In this document: in pieces, positions 26,241 through 39,717 of the stretch
Numbering within the stretch: the first letter of the stretch is position 1
Layout of the letters: every line of letters begins with the position of its first letter
Source of the DNA: Camelus dromedarius
Taxonomy: Eukaryota
NCBI RefSeq assembly: GCF_036321535.1
Contig: NC_087437.1
Span: forward strand, 49,726,001-49,790,000
Direction of reading: 5' to 3'
Length of the DNA: 64,000 nt
Made by a program: the position numbers and the translations under genes
The notes under the pieces: model-generated
Told to the model about the DNA's origin: nothing
The model's database searches: none
Seen by the model: the letters and a program-made list of their open reading frames with translations, nothing else

Positions 26241-26371
26241 GGAAAAAAAGAAAAAGGCGGGGGAGAAGGAGGAGGCAGAGGGAGGAGAAGAAGGAAGGAA
26301 GGAAAGAAGGAAGGAGAGAAAAAGGGTGAAAGAGAGGGAAGAAGGGAGGAGGCGAGGAGAAAGAAAAAAGG
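26241..26371. repeat. GA-rich low-complexity purine tract
   Basis: Almost pure G/A sequence for ~130 bp. Confidence 0.85.
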
Positions 26372-29300
26372 TTAACAAGGTGGGTGCCTTGAGCCCAGTA
26401 CTTTCAGCCAGTTACATAAAATATGTACTTGGTTAAATATAGGTTGGCAGCTAAAGACATAGTATCACAATGCATTCAGGTGCCTTTAGAATGTGTGAGC
26501 CTCATGGCAGAATCTTGGAGGGAGAAAGAAATTAACCAAAGTTGTTATTGTCATTTATAGTCAGTCAGATGTTAGACACCAGCACAAATCTCTCAAAATA
26601 GACTGGATTTGCTTAAAAGCAAATGGTTTTTGTTAGGGGTTTATTTTTCTCGTGTCAAAAATATGAAGTTACACCGTAAAAGGAAGTGGTAAAACCTACA
26701 TCACTCAGAGCCTTGGGGATGTAGCCACGTGTTCTCACACGCTCAGCAGTTGTTGAAAGTGTGATTCTCATTTTACCTGTTAATCCAATACTTGGAAGTA
26801 TTCAGCAAGGAGCTTAGCCTCCTTCTCAGTTCTGATTTCTGAGCAATTGCAGAGAACACTTTCTACCGGAAAAAAAAAAAAAATCCAAACTGAAATGTTT
26901 ACAATTCCAGAATCCATTTTATGACCAATAGTATTTTGTGTCATCTATTGAACAGTGTTTATTGTGAGAACGAAGCACCAATTTCTAATTAATACACACT
27001 GACATAAGGTTTTTCTGAATAACATTCAGGAAATACCTAAAGAATTTATGATTTTTTTCTCTCTATATTTTTTCGAGAGGCTCTGTGATATATAATAAGA
27101 AAGAAAACAGGTTTTCCTAATGGGATGAGTTCTGAGAATTGAGAAAAAAGCAACTTTGGCCTGAACTTTCCCAGATAACTGGTTCGATTATGTCATTCTC
27201 CTGCTGTAATCACACAGTTTCAAATTGGAGCGGAGGAACGTGCCCATTTTCACTGAAGCATAAGTGATTTCAGAATAGAAGTTGATATTTAATTTTCATA
27301 ATATGCTTTAAAAAGTTTTAATATATTAGAATCTTTAAAATACTTAAATATAAAATATGATGTGAATTACTTGTGAGTGTAAGAAGAGCAATAACATGAA
27401 CTCACTTTTTTAAGCCACTTTTAAAATCGTGTACACACACACATGTAATGTTTAAGGCGGTATCGGGGAGCAGGTAGTGTTCTCTGAAATTTGCATACAG
27501 GCAAAACTTATCAGCTTCAGGGGTCACAGTTGTCCCTCACTTGCTGATTTCCCGGGGCCCAAGATTTCAGAGCTAAGTGGACAAAGGATCATTTTACCTG
27601 GAGAGATGGGGGAAACCAGTAAGACAAGGCTGAGCTGGCTCTTACATGATTCTTCTACTGACCTGAAAGGCAGCGTCAAGGTCTGTTGAGAGGTATCAAT
27701 GATGCTAATCAATTATTAGTAGTAATAAAAGATACTAATTATTCTTTACATGGACAGAGCACTCAGGATTTCTGGAAGCTTGCATTTATGTGGTCCAATT
27801 TCTAAATTCAAGTGGCAGTGATGTGCCTTAAACTGTCTACATAGCTGCAAGACTAAAACAGAATGAAAAAAAACAAAATCTGCCTATTTTCTTGAACCAA
27901 ATAACCATCCTAACTGAATTTTATTTTTCTTCTGGTACTATGAAGCTCCGGTGAAGGCACCATGCTTTTTGCATATCATTTCCTTAAGAGATAAAATTAA
28001 GATGGTCATTTCTGCCTACTTAGGGGTTTTGTCATGGAAACATACTATAAAAATAGACCCTAACCACTTGGGACCAATCTTCCCAAATGGAGGTACTAAG
28101 CACACTGTCGATTCAGACTGAAGCAGTCACTCCGCTTAGTGATCATCTAGCATTATCTCAGTGGATAATGATTTTGATACTTCATAACACTCATTATGGC
28201 ATTAGTGGTTTCCTATTAATAAGATATTAGTTTTGTTATTCAGGGAATCTAATACATGAAAGCAAAGGGAAAAAACCACAAAAATCAACCTTAAAGCCTT
28301 TGTTACCCAACAGAGTTTTTGTTTGTTTGTCAATATCAAAATGCCTTTCCTTATTGAAACAATTATTTGAGCTTTCCATGATTCTATTTCATTTTTCTTG
28401 GTGTTGCTATATATATTGTTCTTGGACAGTTTGATCCATGTGACTGTCATACTTTGCATTTGGCTATAATTGCTCCAAAGAAAAATGTTAGATTATCTTA
28501 GTTTAACTTCTCAGTTTTTTTTAAATTCAAAATGACATGATCTTAATGCTTATCTTTCATTCTGTGCAGATTCATTATAAAATGTACTGTAGATCAAAAA
28601 GCAAGATTTTAGTGATGATATCATGATATTTGGGACCCAATGGCTTTCAGAGCTTATGAATTAACAGAAAGTTCTTTAATAACATCACCCATCTTGTTCT
28701 CATGATGAAGCATGAAAATTGACACAGGAGAGTACCATGTCAGGGTTTATAAAAGGTCTGGTAATGTCTGGATGAAAACTTTCACTGTAAAGACTTGGGA
28801 AATTGCCTGAGGAGATGTCTTCCTTTAAAACCATAGTGTATTCCAAGGATTTTTCAACTTTTGAATTTAATCCCAACTCAAAAAAGTGAAATCTGTGTCA
28901 AATCTTGGAGAAGAAATATAAATATATGTAGAAATGCACGTAGTTGAAGTACAAGGATAGCTCTAATAATTAGGTTAAAATGTCTAATACGCAGTTATAA
29001 ATAAAAACAAGATGGATTTATTCATTCATCAGTATCTGCTGAGGGCTTGCTATGAGTCTGGTACTGGGCTTAAAGTTAGGAAGAAGGATACAGTTATAGA
29101 TAAAATACACTTCCTGCCCCAAGGAGATGTTTATTCATAGTTACTTGTCAGATCCCACAAGTATAGACCAAATTTTTTAGTATAAATGGTAGTTGCAGAT
29201 TCTAAATCTTCTTCATTCAAGATACACCGTCATCCCACAATGAGCACAGAGTAAAGAATTTGGATGGCAGAAAGTCTGACAGAGAAAACAATACTGTTAA

Positions 29301-30566
29301 TAACACCTTCAAGTTATGAAGGCATGTGAGGAATATATTAGAGCTACTCTTTCTCATAAAATTGAAAAGTGAAGAATGGATGCTTCTTGAAAAGTTTTTG
29401 GAAATGCATTCTAAAAATGTATGGTTTCATAAAGCTAATTTTAGTTATTTTGATTTCCCTCTCTGATTTCTTATTTTATCCATTTTCCCCTATAACAATG
29501 GAAAAATACACTCTCAGGGAAATTTGATTCTGTTTCAAGTGACTCATGATGGAGCCTAAGGGGGCTTATAAAAAGGATTTATTTTTTCAATGCATTTTTT
29601 TTGGCAGCTGAACCAAAAGCTTTGAAAATGCAGAGTGAGCAACACATTCAAAACTACGAGAGTTGAAGGGAACGCCATCAATTCAGAAATTATGGTTTTC
29701 AATTTTGTGCATTTGGGGAAATATTGCTTTTTAGGAGATTTTATTGTGTGTAAATGGCAAAACCATTGTTGCTAGTGGTGTTTTATTTTTTTTTACTGAA
29801 GAATGTAAAAGAGATTTTTTTTAAATCTTGAACTTTGTGGAAAGCAATGGCTTAAGATTTAAATTTTAAGTGTCAGGCATGTGGAAATGAAGGATGGGGG
29901 CTTAAAAGAAAGTGGTAAGAAGAACACATGTCATGAAAGCTTTAAAAAGGGGGTGAGGATTCTAAATATATCAGACAACTCTTAATATTATATTAAGTAC
30001 ATTTCAGAGTTCACTCTGTAGCACACTAAACAAAGTAAAAAGATGAGTATTAAATGTTTTCTGTAACAGTTTTGCTGGTTTTCTCAGTCTAGTCACTGAA
30101 GATATTAGACAATCATACTGATTCAAGAGCATATGAAAGCATTTATAGACCCCAAGGTGAGCCCCAGAATGAATACAATTCACTTCTTTTGCAAGTTTAA
30201 AGTTACATATATCAGACATTGACTTCTGGACCTTTTGCCACTAGACACAAGTGATCTTTGAGATGAACTGATGCAACTCAGTACTTCAAAGGATACTGGA
30301 CAGACTCTCAGAATCCTTAAACAAAGCTGCCCAGTAACACCAACAAAAGTGCACCATGTACTCCCGTGTCCAGCGGACCAAACAAGATTTGACAATTCCG
30401 TGTGAGTTGTGGAGATGGCAACTCGGATTCATTTCTATTTGCAACTTAGCCCCTCATTTCAAGTTAATTTTTTCCTAGATTTTGATGTCAATCTGCTGGC
30501 AGAGAAGAGATGTATATCTATTTCACAACATTAACTCATTTGATCTCCAAACTCTTGTGCATTCAT

Positions 30567-30568
<2 letters not shown>

Positions 30569-30614
<46 letters not shown>
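30569..30614. repeat. (AC)23 microsatellite
   Basis: Read directly; uninterrupted. Confidence 0.95.
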
Positions 30615-30617
<3 letters not shown>

Positions 30618-32462
30618 TGCCTCATAATTCTGGCCACCTGGAAGTCTTCCTGAAGTTTCTCTCTTAACCCCAGAGTAAATGGCAAGTTTGAAGAATAGCA
30701 CCCTTTTACTACAGATTGACAAAAACCATCTTTGCAAATATTGTAGCTGGCTCTTGTCTATAGCACTGAATACAAGTTTTCTGTATATCACAGGATGACG
30801 TAATGGTATGTCAAAACTCTACATTGGTGCCAAATCATCCCTTTGCCTAAAATTATCATACCAAAGCCTCAGAATTAAATATGTGGAGATTCATATAGTT
30901 TTCCATTTTTGGAATAAGCAAAAACATCCCGAGGGCTATTTGGATGACACATGCATGAACAAATATCTGCTTATTGCCTTGCAGTTATTTTTCAAATAAG
31001 CCTTCCACATTAGGTGTGATAAACATATGTAAGTGAGCTCTAAAATCTGGAAATTAGGTTGCCCTTTACTATTGGAAATCAGTGACGATAATGTGGGAAT
31101 TATGCCACAGGAAGGTTCGTTCCAGTGAGCAACCCTGGCTGTCGAATTCTGGTCTAGTTGCAACCTGAGCTCAATAGCTTGGAAAATAGCAAACCAGTAA
31201 TTGTGTGAATCCAATCAGGGAAGAAAATCACAGAATTTTTCAGTCAGTAAGAAAATGGAGTTGTAAATATCAGCCTTGTTTATTTCCCATTACCACAGCT
31301 GGAGGCAAGAAAAGAACATGGTTTAGTATAATACAGTCAGGGAGGAATTATCACATACAATGAGGTTGAAAACTCTAGAGAAATATTGGAAAAAGAAAGC
31401 ACTGCACCTTCACAAAATCTGCTTGGGTGTGGCTCCCCCGGCCTGTTCCCCTATTTAAAGATCACATGTGGTTTAAGACAAAACTATTTTGAAGTTTATA
31501 GCAGTAGCCATCCTGCTCCCTTTTGCCAAGGGTAAATTATCAGAACATTTCTGTGAGCCAATACTAGTTTTTAAAGAAGGGTATCTTTTTCATGCTACAT
31601 GCCTTGATAGTAACTTTTTTTGGAACACTCTAACGGCTGGGTTATTATTAGAAATCAGCAATAGCTGATGCTCTGAGGAGTATTTTTACATTACTTCACA
31701 AGTACCTTGGGAACAAATTCATGTGACAATCCGTTATGTGTGTGCTGTTCACAAACACTGACATGAGGCAGCCTGCCCAGGCAGCTCTGGTGGCTGGACT
31801 TTCTCTGTAAGGAGGGCTGCCTATGGTGTCCCTCTGGGATTTCAGAGCTTTGGGCCTCTCAACAGACATACGGAGCCTGTGAACTTCACTCTCCCGCAAA
31901 CTTCCTCCAAAAGCCTGTTTCTCATACCTTTCCTCTTCCTTATTTCACCTACTGACATGACTCTCTCATTTCCTTTGTGATTTTCACAACACTGACATCT
32001 TATACTTCTTATGAAAAAAGCTTGACTTTTACTTTCCTATAAATAATGGCAATTAGAAGCCAGTTCCTAAGATATTTTAAAATCGTAATCAGTCTGGCAC
32101 CAGGTGTTAATCTTTTACTTATAAAGATGACAATAGGACACTTGATATAGAGAGTCCAAATATATCTTACAAAAAGCTGAGCAAAAAGTTTCACACTTAC
32201 TTCACATATACCAGAGTTCCTGGCATTATCTGTTCATTGTAGTAAAGGCTAGAAACCTGAGAAGAGAGTGATAATGTTCAAGGAGTACTTTGTTCATCGT
32301 TTGATAACAGCCTTTTTATCCCAGAGGATATGAATTAGCTCACACAATTACACAGAATGCAGTAAGTTATATTAAACGTAGGTGAGAAGAAATGCAATAA
32401 AACAAAGATACAGACATATCAAAAATACAAAACAGGAATCAGGCCAGGATAAAAGTATAGAT

Positions 32463-32731
32463 TATGTGGATCAAAAAAAAAAAAAGAAAAAAGAAAAAAG
32501 AGGACACTAAGGAACTCATCTACAAAACAGAAACAGACTTGCAGACATAGTAAACAACCTTATGATTATGGGGGAAAGGGGATGGGAAGGGATAAATTTG
32601 GGAGTTTGAGATTTGCAAATGTTAACCGCTATATATATAACTAGATAAAAAACAAATTTCTTCTGTATAGCACAGGGAGCTATATTCAATATCTTGTGAT
32701 AACTTTTAATGAAAAATAATATGAAAACGAA

Positions 32732-32801
<70 letters not shown>

Positions 32802-32880
32802 ACTGGAACATTATTATGCTGTGCACCAGAAACTGACACACTGGAACTGACTATACTTCAATAAAAAAAATTAGAAAGAA
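32463..32880 (+). mobile_element. Young 5'-truncated L1 3' UTR, camelid-type
   Basis: gaactcatctacaaaacagaaacagact...gggataaatttgggagtttgagatttgc...ccagaaactgacac...gactatacttcaataaaaaa; same family as 7266-7848; TSD aaaagtatagat (32451-32462) vs aaaaatatagat (32881-32892). Confidence 0.92.
32741..32796. repeat. (AT)28 microsatellite inside the L1 3' UTR
   Basis: Read directly. Confidence 0.95.
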
Positions 32881-32915
32881 AAAAATATAGATCTCTATAC
32901 TTGCTAAGGGTGGGG

Positions 32916-33082
32916 TGTATTAGTCAAGGTTGTCCAGAGAAATAAAACCAACAGTGTGAGTGTGAGCATGTGAGCGTGTGTGTGTGTGTGTTGGCTAACG
33001 TGACTATGGAGGTTGAGTCCAAAATCTGCAGGGCAGGCTGGCAGGAGAGCTAGGGAAGAGCTGATGCTGCAGTTCAAGCCCA
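32916..33082 (-). mobile_element. ERVL LTR fragment (MLT2-like)
   Basis: tgtattagtcaaggttgtccagagaaataaaaccaacag...gtccaaaatctgcagggcaggctggcagg...gctgcagttcaag. Confidence 0.8.
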
Positions 33083-33109
33083 ACAGTTTGTCTTCATTTT
33101 GTCTTCATT

Positions 33110-33726
33110 TTGCACAAGCTGGCAGTTCCCATTGGTATATCCCATCTCTGTTATCGGCTTCTGCTGAGTGGATGCATAAGTCACACCCTTAGTCTTTTTA
33201 CGGAGTGGTTATTCAGTAGCACCCTGGGTGTTCTCTCCAAAACAGGCTTTCTCAGATTTTTGCAGTAGAAATAAGCTAGTTTTCCAAATCTTCAAGTTCT
33301 GGTTCCTTTTTGCTGAACAATTCCTTCCATCTCTCTCTCTCTCCTTTTGCATTTTACTGTAAACAGTAACCACAATCCAAACCTCAACATCAACACTTGG
33401 CTTAGAAATCTCTTCAGCTAATTTAGCCAAGTTCATCACTCACAAATCCAACACATTTGACCACAGTGTAGCCAAGTTCTTTGCCACTTTATAACCAGAA
33501 TCGCCTTCCTTCCAGTGTTCAATAACATGGTCCTTATTTCTGTCTGAGACCTCACCACAATCACCTTTAATGTTCATGTCTGCCAATGACCTCTTCAAGG
33601 TAATCCTGCATTTTTCCCACATACACCTCCAAACTCTTCCAGCTTCTCCCCCTTATCCAGTTTCAGAGTGACTGCCACACTTTCCGGTATTTGTTACAGC
33701 AGTGCCCCACTTCTTAGAACCAAATC
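33110..33726 (-). mobile_element. MaLR internal region (MLT1-int) with ORF remnants
   Basis: Abuts the LTR via gtatttgttacagcagtgccccacttc; translations HVIEHWKEGDSGYKVAKNLATLWS and LAEEISKPSV resemble the MaLR internal ORF. Confidence 0.8.
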
Positions 33727-34132
33727 TGTATTAATTTGTTAAAGCTGCCATAACAAAGGACCATAGACTGGTTGGTTCAAACAACAGAAATTTATTCTCT
33801 TCACAATTCTAGAGGCTGGAAGTCCGAGATTAAGGTGTCAGCAGGGCTGGTCTCCTCTGAGACCCCTCTCCTTGGCCTGCAGATGCCACCTTCTTGCTCT
33901 GTCCTCACGTGGTCTCTCCCCTGTGCACGGCACCCCTGGTGTCTCTACATGTCCTAATGTCTTCTTGTAAGGACAGCAGTCAGATTGGATTAGGACCAAC
34001 CCCCAGGGCTTTATTAGAACTTAATCACCTCTTTAGCAGCCCTATCTCCAAACATAGTCACGTTCTGAGGTACTGGGGGTTAGGCTTCAACATATGAACT
34101 TGGTGGTGGGGGACACAATTCAGTCCATAGCC
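33727..34132 (-). mobile_element. MaLR LTR (MLT1A-like), 5' LTR of a truncated provirus
   Basis: tgtattaatttgttaaagctgccataacaaa...ttctagaggctggaagtccgagattaaggtgtcagcagggctgg...ggggacacaattcagtccatag. Confidence 0.9.
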
Positions 34133-34828
34133 TGGAGGTTGTGAGGAAATTCGGTCTAAGCTTCCTTGCCACTAAAATGAATAGAAAAATTTGATTAATG
34201 GCATAATTCATGCGTCAGTGAGACAAAAGCAGAACAATTCCTGAGAGCACAATCCTTCTTGACATGAAGATTTGGCAATCATCTTAAAGGCTTGTGACCC
34301 AGCAATCTGAAGGGCTGCTTCAGTGGACAGAAGCTGGGAGCAAACTGGGGCAATATTTGTTTGCAGTAAACTCTCCAAAAATCACTGTGGTGTCTGGGTG
34401 TTTTCAGGAAACTCAGGGAAGAGAAAAGTGGAATTTTAATTAGATGCAGATGTGCTAATATTCTAACTAATGTCTCTGAGGAGAAATTATGGGTTAGAGA
34501 CCCAGGCAAAGAAATGGGTCTTTGCGAGAAAGGGGGACAGAGGAGACCTCCCCGGGGCGCAGCACCTCTCCATCCAGAAAGCAGCCAGATTTCAAAGACA
34601 GGCTTTTCAGGGATGAATGGGGAACACTGGACGTGCTGATTGAGACCAGAGGTTCATTTCAGATGGCTGAGTGAGATACCTGAGCAGGAAATTTCTGTAG
34701 ATGGAGTCTGGGACCAGTAGTTGAGATGGTGGTTTGGAGACTAGAGGGCACGTGAGTGTGGCTGAAGCTGAAGGGAAAGTCCTTCAGATCAGAGAAACAC
34801 TCTTAATGCTCTCCCCTCTCCCTCCCTG

Positions 34829-34910
34829 GTGTGTGTGTGTGTGTGTGTGTGTGTGTCTGAGAGAGAGAGGGAGAGAGTGGGAGAGAGGGGGAGAGAGTAG
34901 GAAAGAGAGA
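34829..34910. repeat. (TG)n followed by a GA-rich repeat
   Basis: Read directly. Confidence 0.85.
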
Positions 34911-36359
34911 CTGACTGAATGGTTGGTTGGTTGGATCTGGACTCACTCTTCAAATAAGAGTCCAGAATGTTGGATGGCAGGTGGCTGGGAGATTGATTAA
35001 TACTTCAGTTTGATTTGGAATTCCTAAACAAAACTACACAAACCACGATAACACTACACTGGGTTTAGCAGTTTTGAGCATGCTGCATGCACGCGAGCTT
35101 ATTTGAATCTCACCAGTGTTCGAGGGCTGCTGGACAGAGGGTATTCTCTTCAATTAACACCTGGAACTCAGAGGCATTCAATGACTTGCTCAAGATCTTA
35201 AAGTTGATGGTGGAATGGCCTCCAGACATATGAGGTTTTCCAAGGCCACACCGGGGCTCGCTCTCCTGTGCTCAGCCTGGAGGGACCATGGGCCATATTG
35301 TGACTTACATCACAGCAGCATGCTGGAGAGAGAGTGGATGTGGCTTTTGGAAAAGAACTTGCTCGTTTTCCATCAGTTCCCCCAACCTCCTAACCATATG
35401 TTCCTTTGTAAAACTTGGTGGCAACAGAAAATAACCCAAAGTGAGTGCTAGTTGGAGAATGGCTTGAGGGTGACTTTGAGGAGGACTTGCCTCACCACAA
35501 GGACCACACTGGAAAAGAAAGAAAACTAATCAAATGGTTTTTTTTTTTCCTGAAGAAAGGCAGAAGTAAGGAGGAGCTGATTCAACTGTCCAGTAGTGAT
35601 TTATTTACAGTAGATGTACAGAAGAGGAAATTCCCCTCTTGCCTTAACAAGAAGAATAAGGTAGAAATGAATAGCCTTAGGGACATTTTAAATTCAGTGT
35701 TCTATTTTCAAATGGAAGTCTTCTTTTCTCAGGGCCCAAGGGTCGGCCCTATCATGACAAAAGTCCAATGTCAAGCAATAAGGAGACAGTATAAAAGTGC
35801 AGAGTTTTTTGTTTTTAATGATTAGAACTTATTTAAACCGATAATTGTCATTATCTTGTGCCTTTGGAGCAGAGAAAAAAATGGCAGATTTTTAAACTAT
35901 CAATTAATTTAGTCCAGATTCAGATAAAGTTATTCTTGCTTAAAAGCTATGTAGAGATAAAGGGTAGTAAAATCATCCAGAATGTCAGACATGGAGCAGA
36001 GATTAGATTAATTTCACGGAATTAACCCCAGGTTCTGCGTTTCCTCTTAAAGGGTTGGTCTTCATACATTCAATGGAGATTTAACAAACCAGGGAGAAGA
36101 TTAAATATGTGAATGAGGAGCACACCATCTTCAGTTTGTCCATTCTTAGTGACAGGAATGAAAACCACTACACTAATTATAAACAAAATTCTAGTGGCAC
36201 TAAAAGAATTTAGAAACATGCAAGTTTTATCTCTATTACAGTCATATTCTCTCTCACATTCTGCTACAAGATCATGGCAGGTTAAGGAAAGCAGAAAGCT
36301 TAAGACCATCCAAGCTGGTTTTAGGAGGACTTCACTTCTTCAGGGCTCTCTTACCTGGT

Positions 36360-36595
36360 TTATCAGTGAGCGTCCCAAAAAGAAGCAGATGGTTCACTCA
36401 AACAGGGTAATTAAAGAGACTGTAATGAAGGGAATATTCACAAAGATGTGGACAGGGCGTAGGGAGACCGACAAAGGATGGGGAAGAACGCTGGGATTAG
36501 CAACCTCAGGAGTTCTTAATACCCTTAACACAAAAGGGCAAGCAGAGGAAGGGATTCCAGGACTCCAGAAGATTGTGGCTGTGGCAGGAGCCTGC
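36360..36595. mobile_element. Old ERVL-class LTR fragment (LTR41-like, tentative)
   Basis: cagatggttcactcaaacagggtaattaaagagactgtaatgaagggaatattcacaaagatgtggacaggg...gattagcaac resembles a recalled ERVL LTR consensus. Confidence 0.55.
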
Positions 36596-37039
36596 ACACA
36601 CAACTCAAGCAGCCTTGTCCATAGGAGACACAACATTTTTACTCTTAGTGCATTCTTTAAAACATGCATGCAAGCCACATGTATAAAATCCAAACCACAG
36701 ATTTAAATGTTATCAGAGGGTTTCCCTTCTCAGAGAGTTAAAAAATAAAGGCAACAAGAATTTTAATGGTTTCATTTCCACCATTTCACATATAGTTAAT
36801 TTTGTTTATTTTCTTTACAATTGAGTGTCTTAACGCCTGTAAGTATCCAACTGAAGCCAAAGATGCCCTCTCTTTGACATGCCTAATGATCTCCATCTTC
36901 TTATCATTTGAATTGCACTTATGAAATCTACACATCTTATCACTAGCACAGCATTGTCGCTTTCCTATTTTCAGCTATCTAATTGTCATAACTGAAAAAA
37001 ACACCATACTTCATTGGGAATTAAAAATAATGTCCACAC

Positions 37040-37099
37040 ATTGTGATTTGTTGATACAGCTCTTAAGTTCCTTTTAATCTATAGATTCCCTCTCTATGC

Positions 37100-37185
<86 letters not shown>

Positions 37186-37630
37186 TTAACCTCCCTTGCA
37201 TTTCTTTGTGGATAAAACCAGGTTGCTCATCCTATGCTTTCCCATGGTCAGGATTTTGCTAATTGTACCCCCAGTCTTCTGTCCTCTGCGTTTGCCCTAA
37301 GTAGGTAGTTGTATCTAGAGGCTTGAAAAAATTCAGTTAGATTTTTGTAGCAAGGATACTTCAGAGAGTGGTCTGTGCTTTCATCAGGAGGCATGTAATA
37401 TCTAGTTGCCTCTTTTCCCAATGTTAACACAAATTGCTGTGCATTACTTAGATTTGCAACTTAATTGGGGATTGCAAAGTGGATAGTATAATTACCTATT
37501 CCTTCTCCATTTATTAGCTGAAGTACCTCCATACAGAGAACTCCGTTATCATTTGGTTGTTCAGTGACACAGTTCATTAGGGAAGGCAGGAATCTAGATA
37601 CTTTATTCCTTCCAGCTTTTTAAACTGAGT
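37040..37630 (-). mobile_element. Old L1 3' UTR (L1MC4/5-like)
   Basis: ccttttaatctatagattccc...caggattttgctaattgtacccc...gtatctagaggcttga...catcaggaggcatgtaatatctagttg. Confidence 0.7.
37103..37183. repeat. (TTA)27 microsatellite
   Basis: Read directly; uninterrupted. Confidence 0.95.
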
Positions 37631-39569
37631 AAGCCAATACTCTTTCCAGTTACTTGTTCAGATCAGAGGTGTGCCATATTTGCTTTGTTACAAGCATTCT
37701 TTCAAAAAAAAAAAAGAGCTGTATAAATGTTTCCCTTCTGACTGATTTTATCCAAGAGACTTTTCAGTCTTCTTTATGAAAAGAACATGCTCAATTTTGA
37801 GGTGTACCAGATGATATGAAAAAAGGAATTGTTGTGATTATTCAGAAATACCTCAAAGTTAAATTGCTTATCTAAAACCTATGAAAATCATTTGGTTAGA
37901 GAAGAGAGCCAGAAACCCCTTGAAAGCAGAGAGGAGAAATTCTGAATTGATTTCAATAGTTTTGTGATTACCAATATTTTGGGCAAAAAAATTTAGGTAT
38001 AATAAACTAATACTTCAACTTAGATGTCCAAAAAAAAAATAGTTTCAGTAGGAATATGTAAATGAAATTCATTATGAGCAGGAAACCTGAGGCATTTTTG
38101 TTGAATCAGCATTCTAATTATGCTGCAGAGACAACTTACCATTTTTGAGAAGGGGTCGTATTTCTGTTCCTGTCTCTTTAACGTTTCCCTGTTTTCCAGC
38201 CCTGCGCAGGGTATTGGCCAACTTGCCCACTTAAGACTCTTCTTTGTTCTGAATGTTGATTCTTTGGATACTTGTGGTCCAGAAATGTCTTTGAATTTAG
38301 AATTTATGGATAGATTACTCAAAATATCAATTTCAATTTCAAATCTTTTATCCTGTTATCTTATGAATCTGATTTTTAACTAAAGAATAGGTTATGGTAG
38401 AGGTAGTTTCATCAATATGATAAATATCCAGCAAATAGTGAAGAGGCTGTTATCACTGTTTGTCAAATCACAAAGTATCTTTCTGGTATTTCTGTGTGTA
38501 TTTGTATGTATATGTGTAACTTTTTCTCTTTCTTTTAAGTTTCTTAATCTCAACAGTCTGTTTATTCTAAGGAACTCTAACTGGTGTCAGATCTTTGAAG
38601 TTTACTGGGACCCCAATACCATTTACGTAAACATTTTAAAGATCTGCAGTCCTCTGATGAAGAAGTCTTATGTGCTAAAAGGAACAATTTTTGAGCTTTG
38701 TAAAGTAAGTTCTGACACAGAATAAATGCTCAAGAAATATTTATTGATTGAATACAATTTAGAATCTTATCGATTTCTCATATAACCTTTGGTGCAACTA
38801 AAGCCACAGAAGTGTCATCATGGACATTCAGTTTTCAAGCAAACAATGCCCTCTGTCTCTTTCCCTCTCCGCTGACCCCTGCCCACCCCGCTCCTCCATC
38901 TCAGTTCTGTCTTTCACTCTTAATAAAAGATACACACTTAGGAAGGAGAAAAAAACCGTGACCAGATGCAATTTGAGCCCTTTCCCATCCCTCCTGTCCA
39001 CTTGGTATTTTGTTAAATGTTAACAACGTTTCACTTTCAAAAAAGTTTAGCCAACAGTATTCAATCTACTTTCTACCAGGGAAACCTGTCCACTCCCTAA
39101 CCTTTTGGTCATTCCAGTCATGTTATTTTCCCCGTCATGCTGAAAATAATGGAGTAGGCAGCAAGTGAAAGTAGAAGTTATATAGCTCTGTTTGCCTGTC
39201 TTTTGTTTGCCTGTCTCTAACTACCTGAAATGACTTCCTTATCATTTTTATAACAATGAGATAAAATGGTCCCATCGGAATGGTCCCAAAGCCAGCCCAG
39301 ATCTGTAAACCTATGAGTATCACCTTTCCCTCATCAGTAATTGTTCAGCAATTTGTACCCAAAGAAGCCTTATGGCCACACACTGACATAAGACGTGGCA
39401 AAAGTAACTTGGGGGAGAGCTGTGCTAATTATCATGTATCGGGATACTACAGGTCACCCAAATGCAACAGGCTTAAAATTCTTAAAAATATTTGAATAGT
39501 GAAGTGTTAAGCACATTTTTAGAATAATCTTTCAACTTTATTTTAATAAGTATCTACTCATGTACACTT

Positions 39570-39717
39570 TTTCTAAAAAAATTTTTTTGAGGTGGTAATT
39601 AAGTTTGTTTGTTTGTTTGTTTATTTACGTTGATTTTTAACAGAGGTGCTGAGGATTGAACCTAGGACCTCATGCATGCTAAGCATGCGCTCTACCACTG
39701 AGCTACAACCTCTCCCC
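39570..39717 (-). mobile_element. tRNA-derived SINE (camelid Vic-1-like)
   Basis: Reverse complement ggggagaggttgtagctcagtggtagagcgcatgcttagcatgcatgaggtcctaggttcaatcctcagcacctc closely matches the copy at 15438. Confidence 0.92.

Noticed and set aside
26239..26436. Highly charged E/K/R-rich ORF
   Set aside because: Artefact of translating a GA-rich low-complexity tract
36113..36706. 197-aa ORF
   Set aside because: Runs through an LTR-like fragment; no recognisable domain or exon structure
38572..38705. Possible plus-strand coding exon (ttctaag|...aaa|gtaagt) with one open frame
   Set aside because: Peptide unrecognised, no partner exons found, and it abuts an L2-like tail; insufficient support
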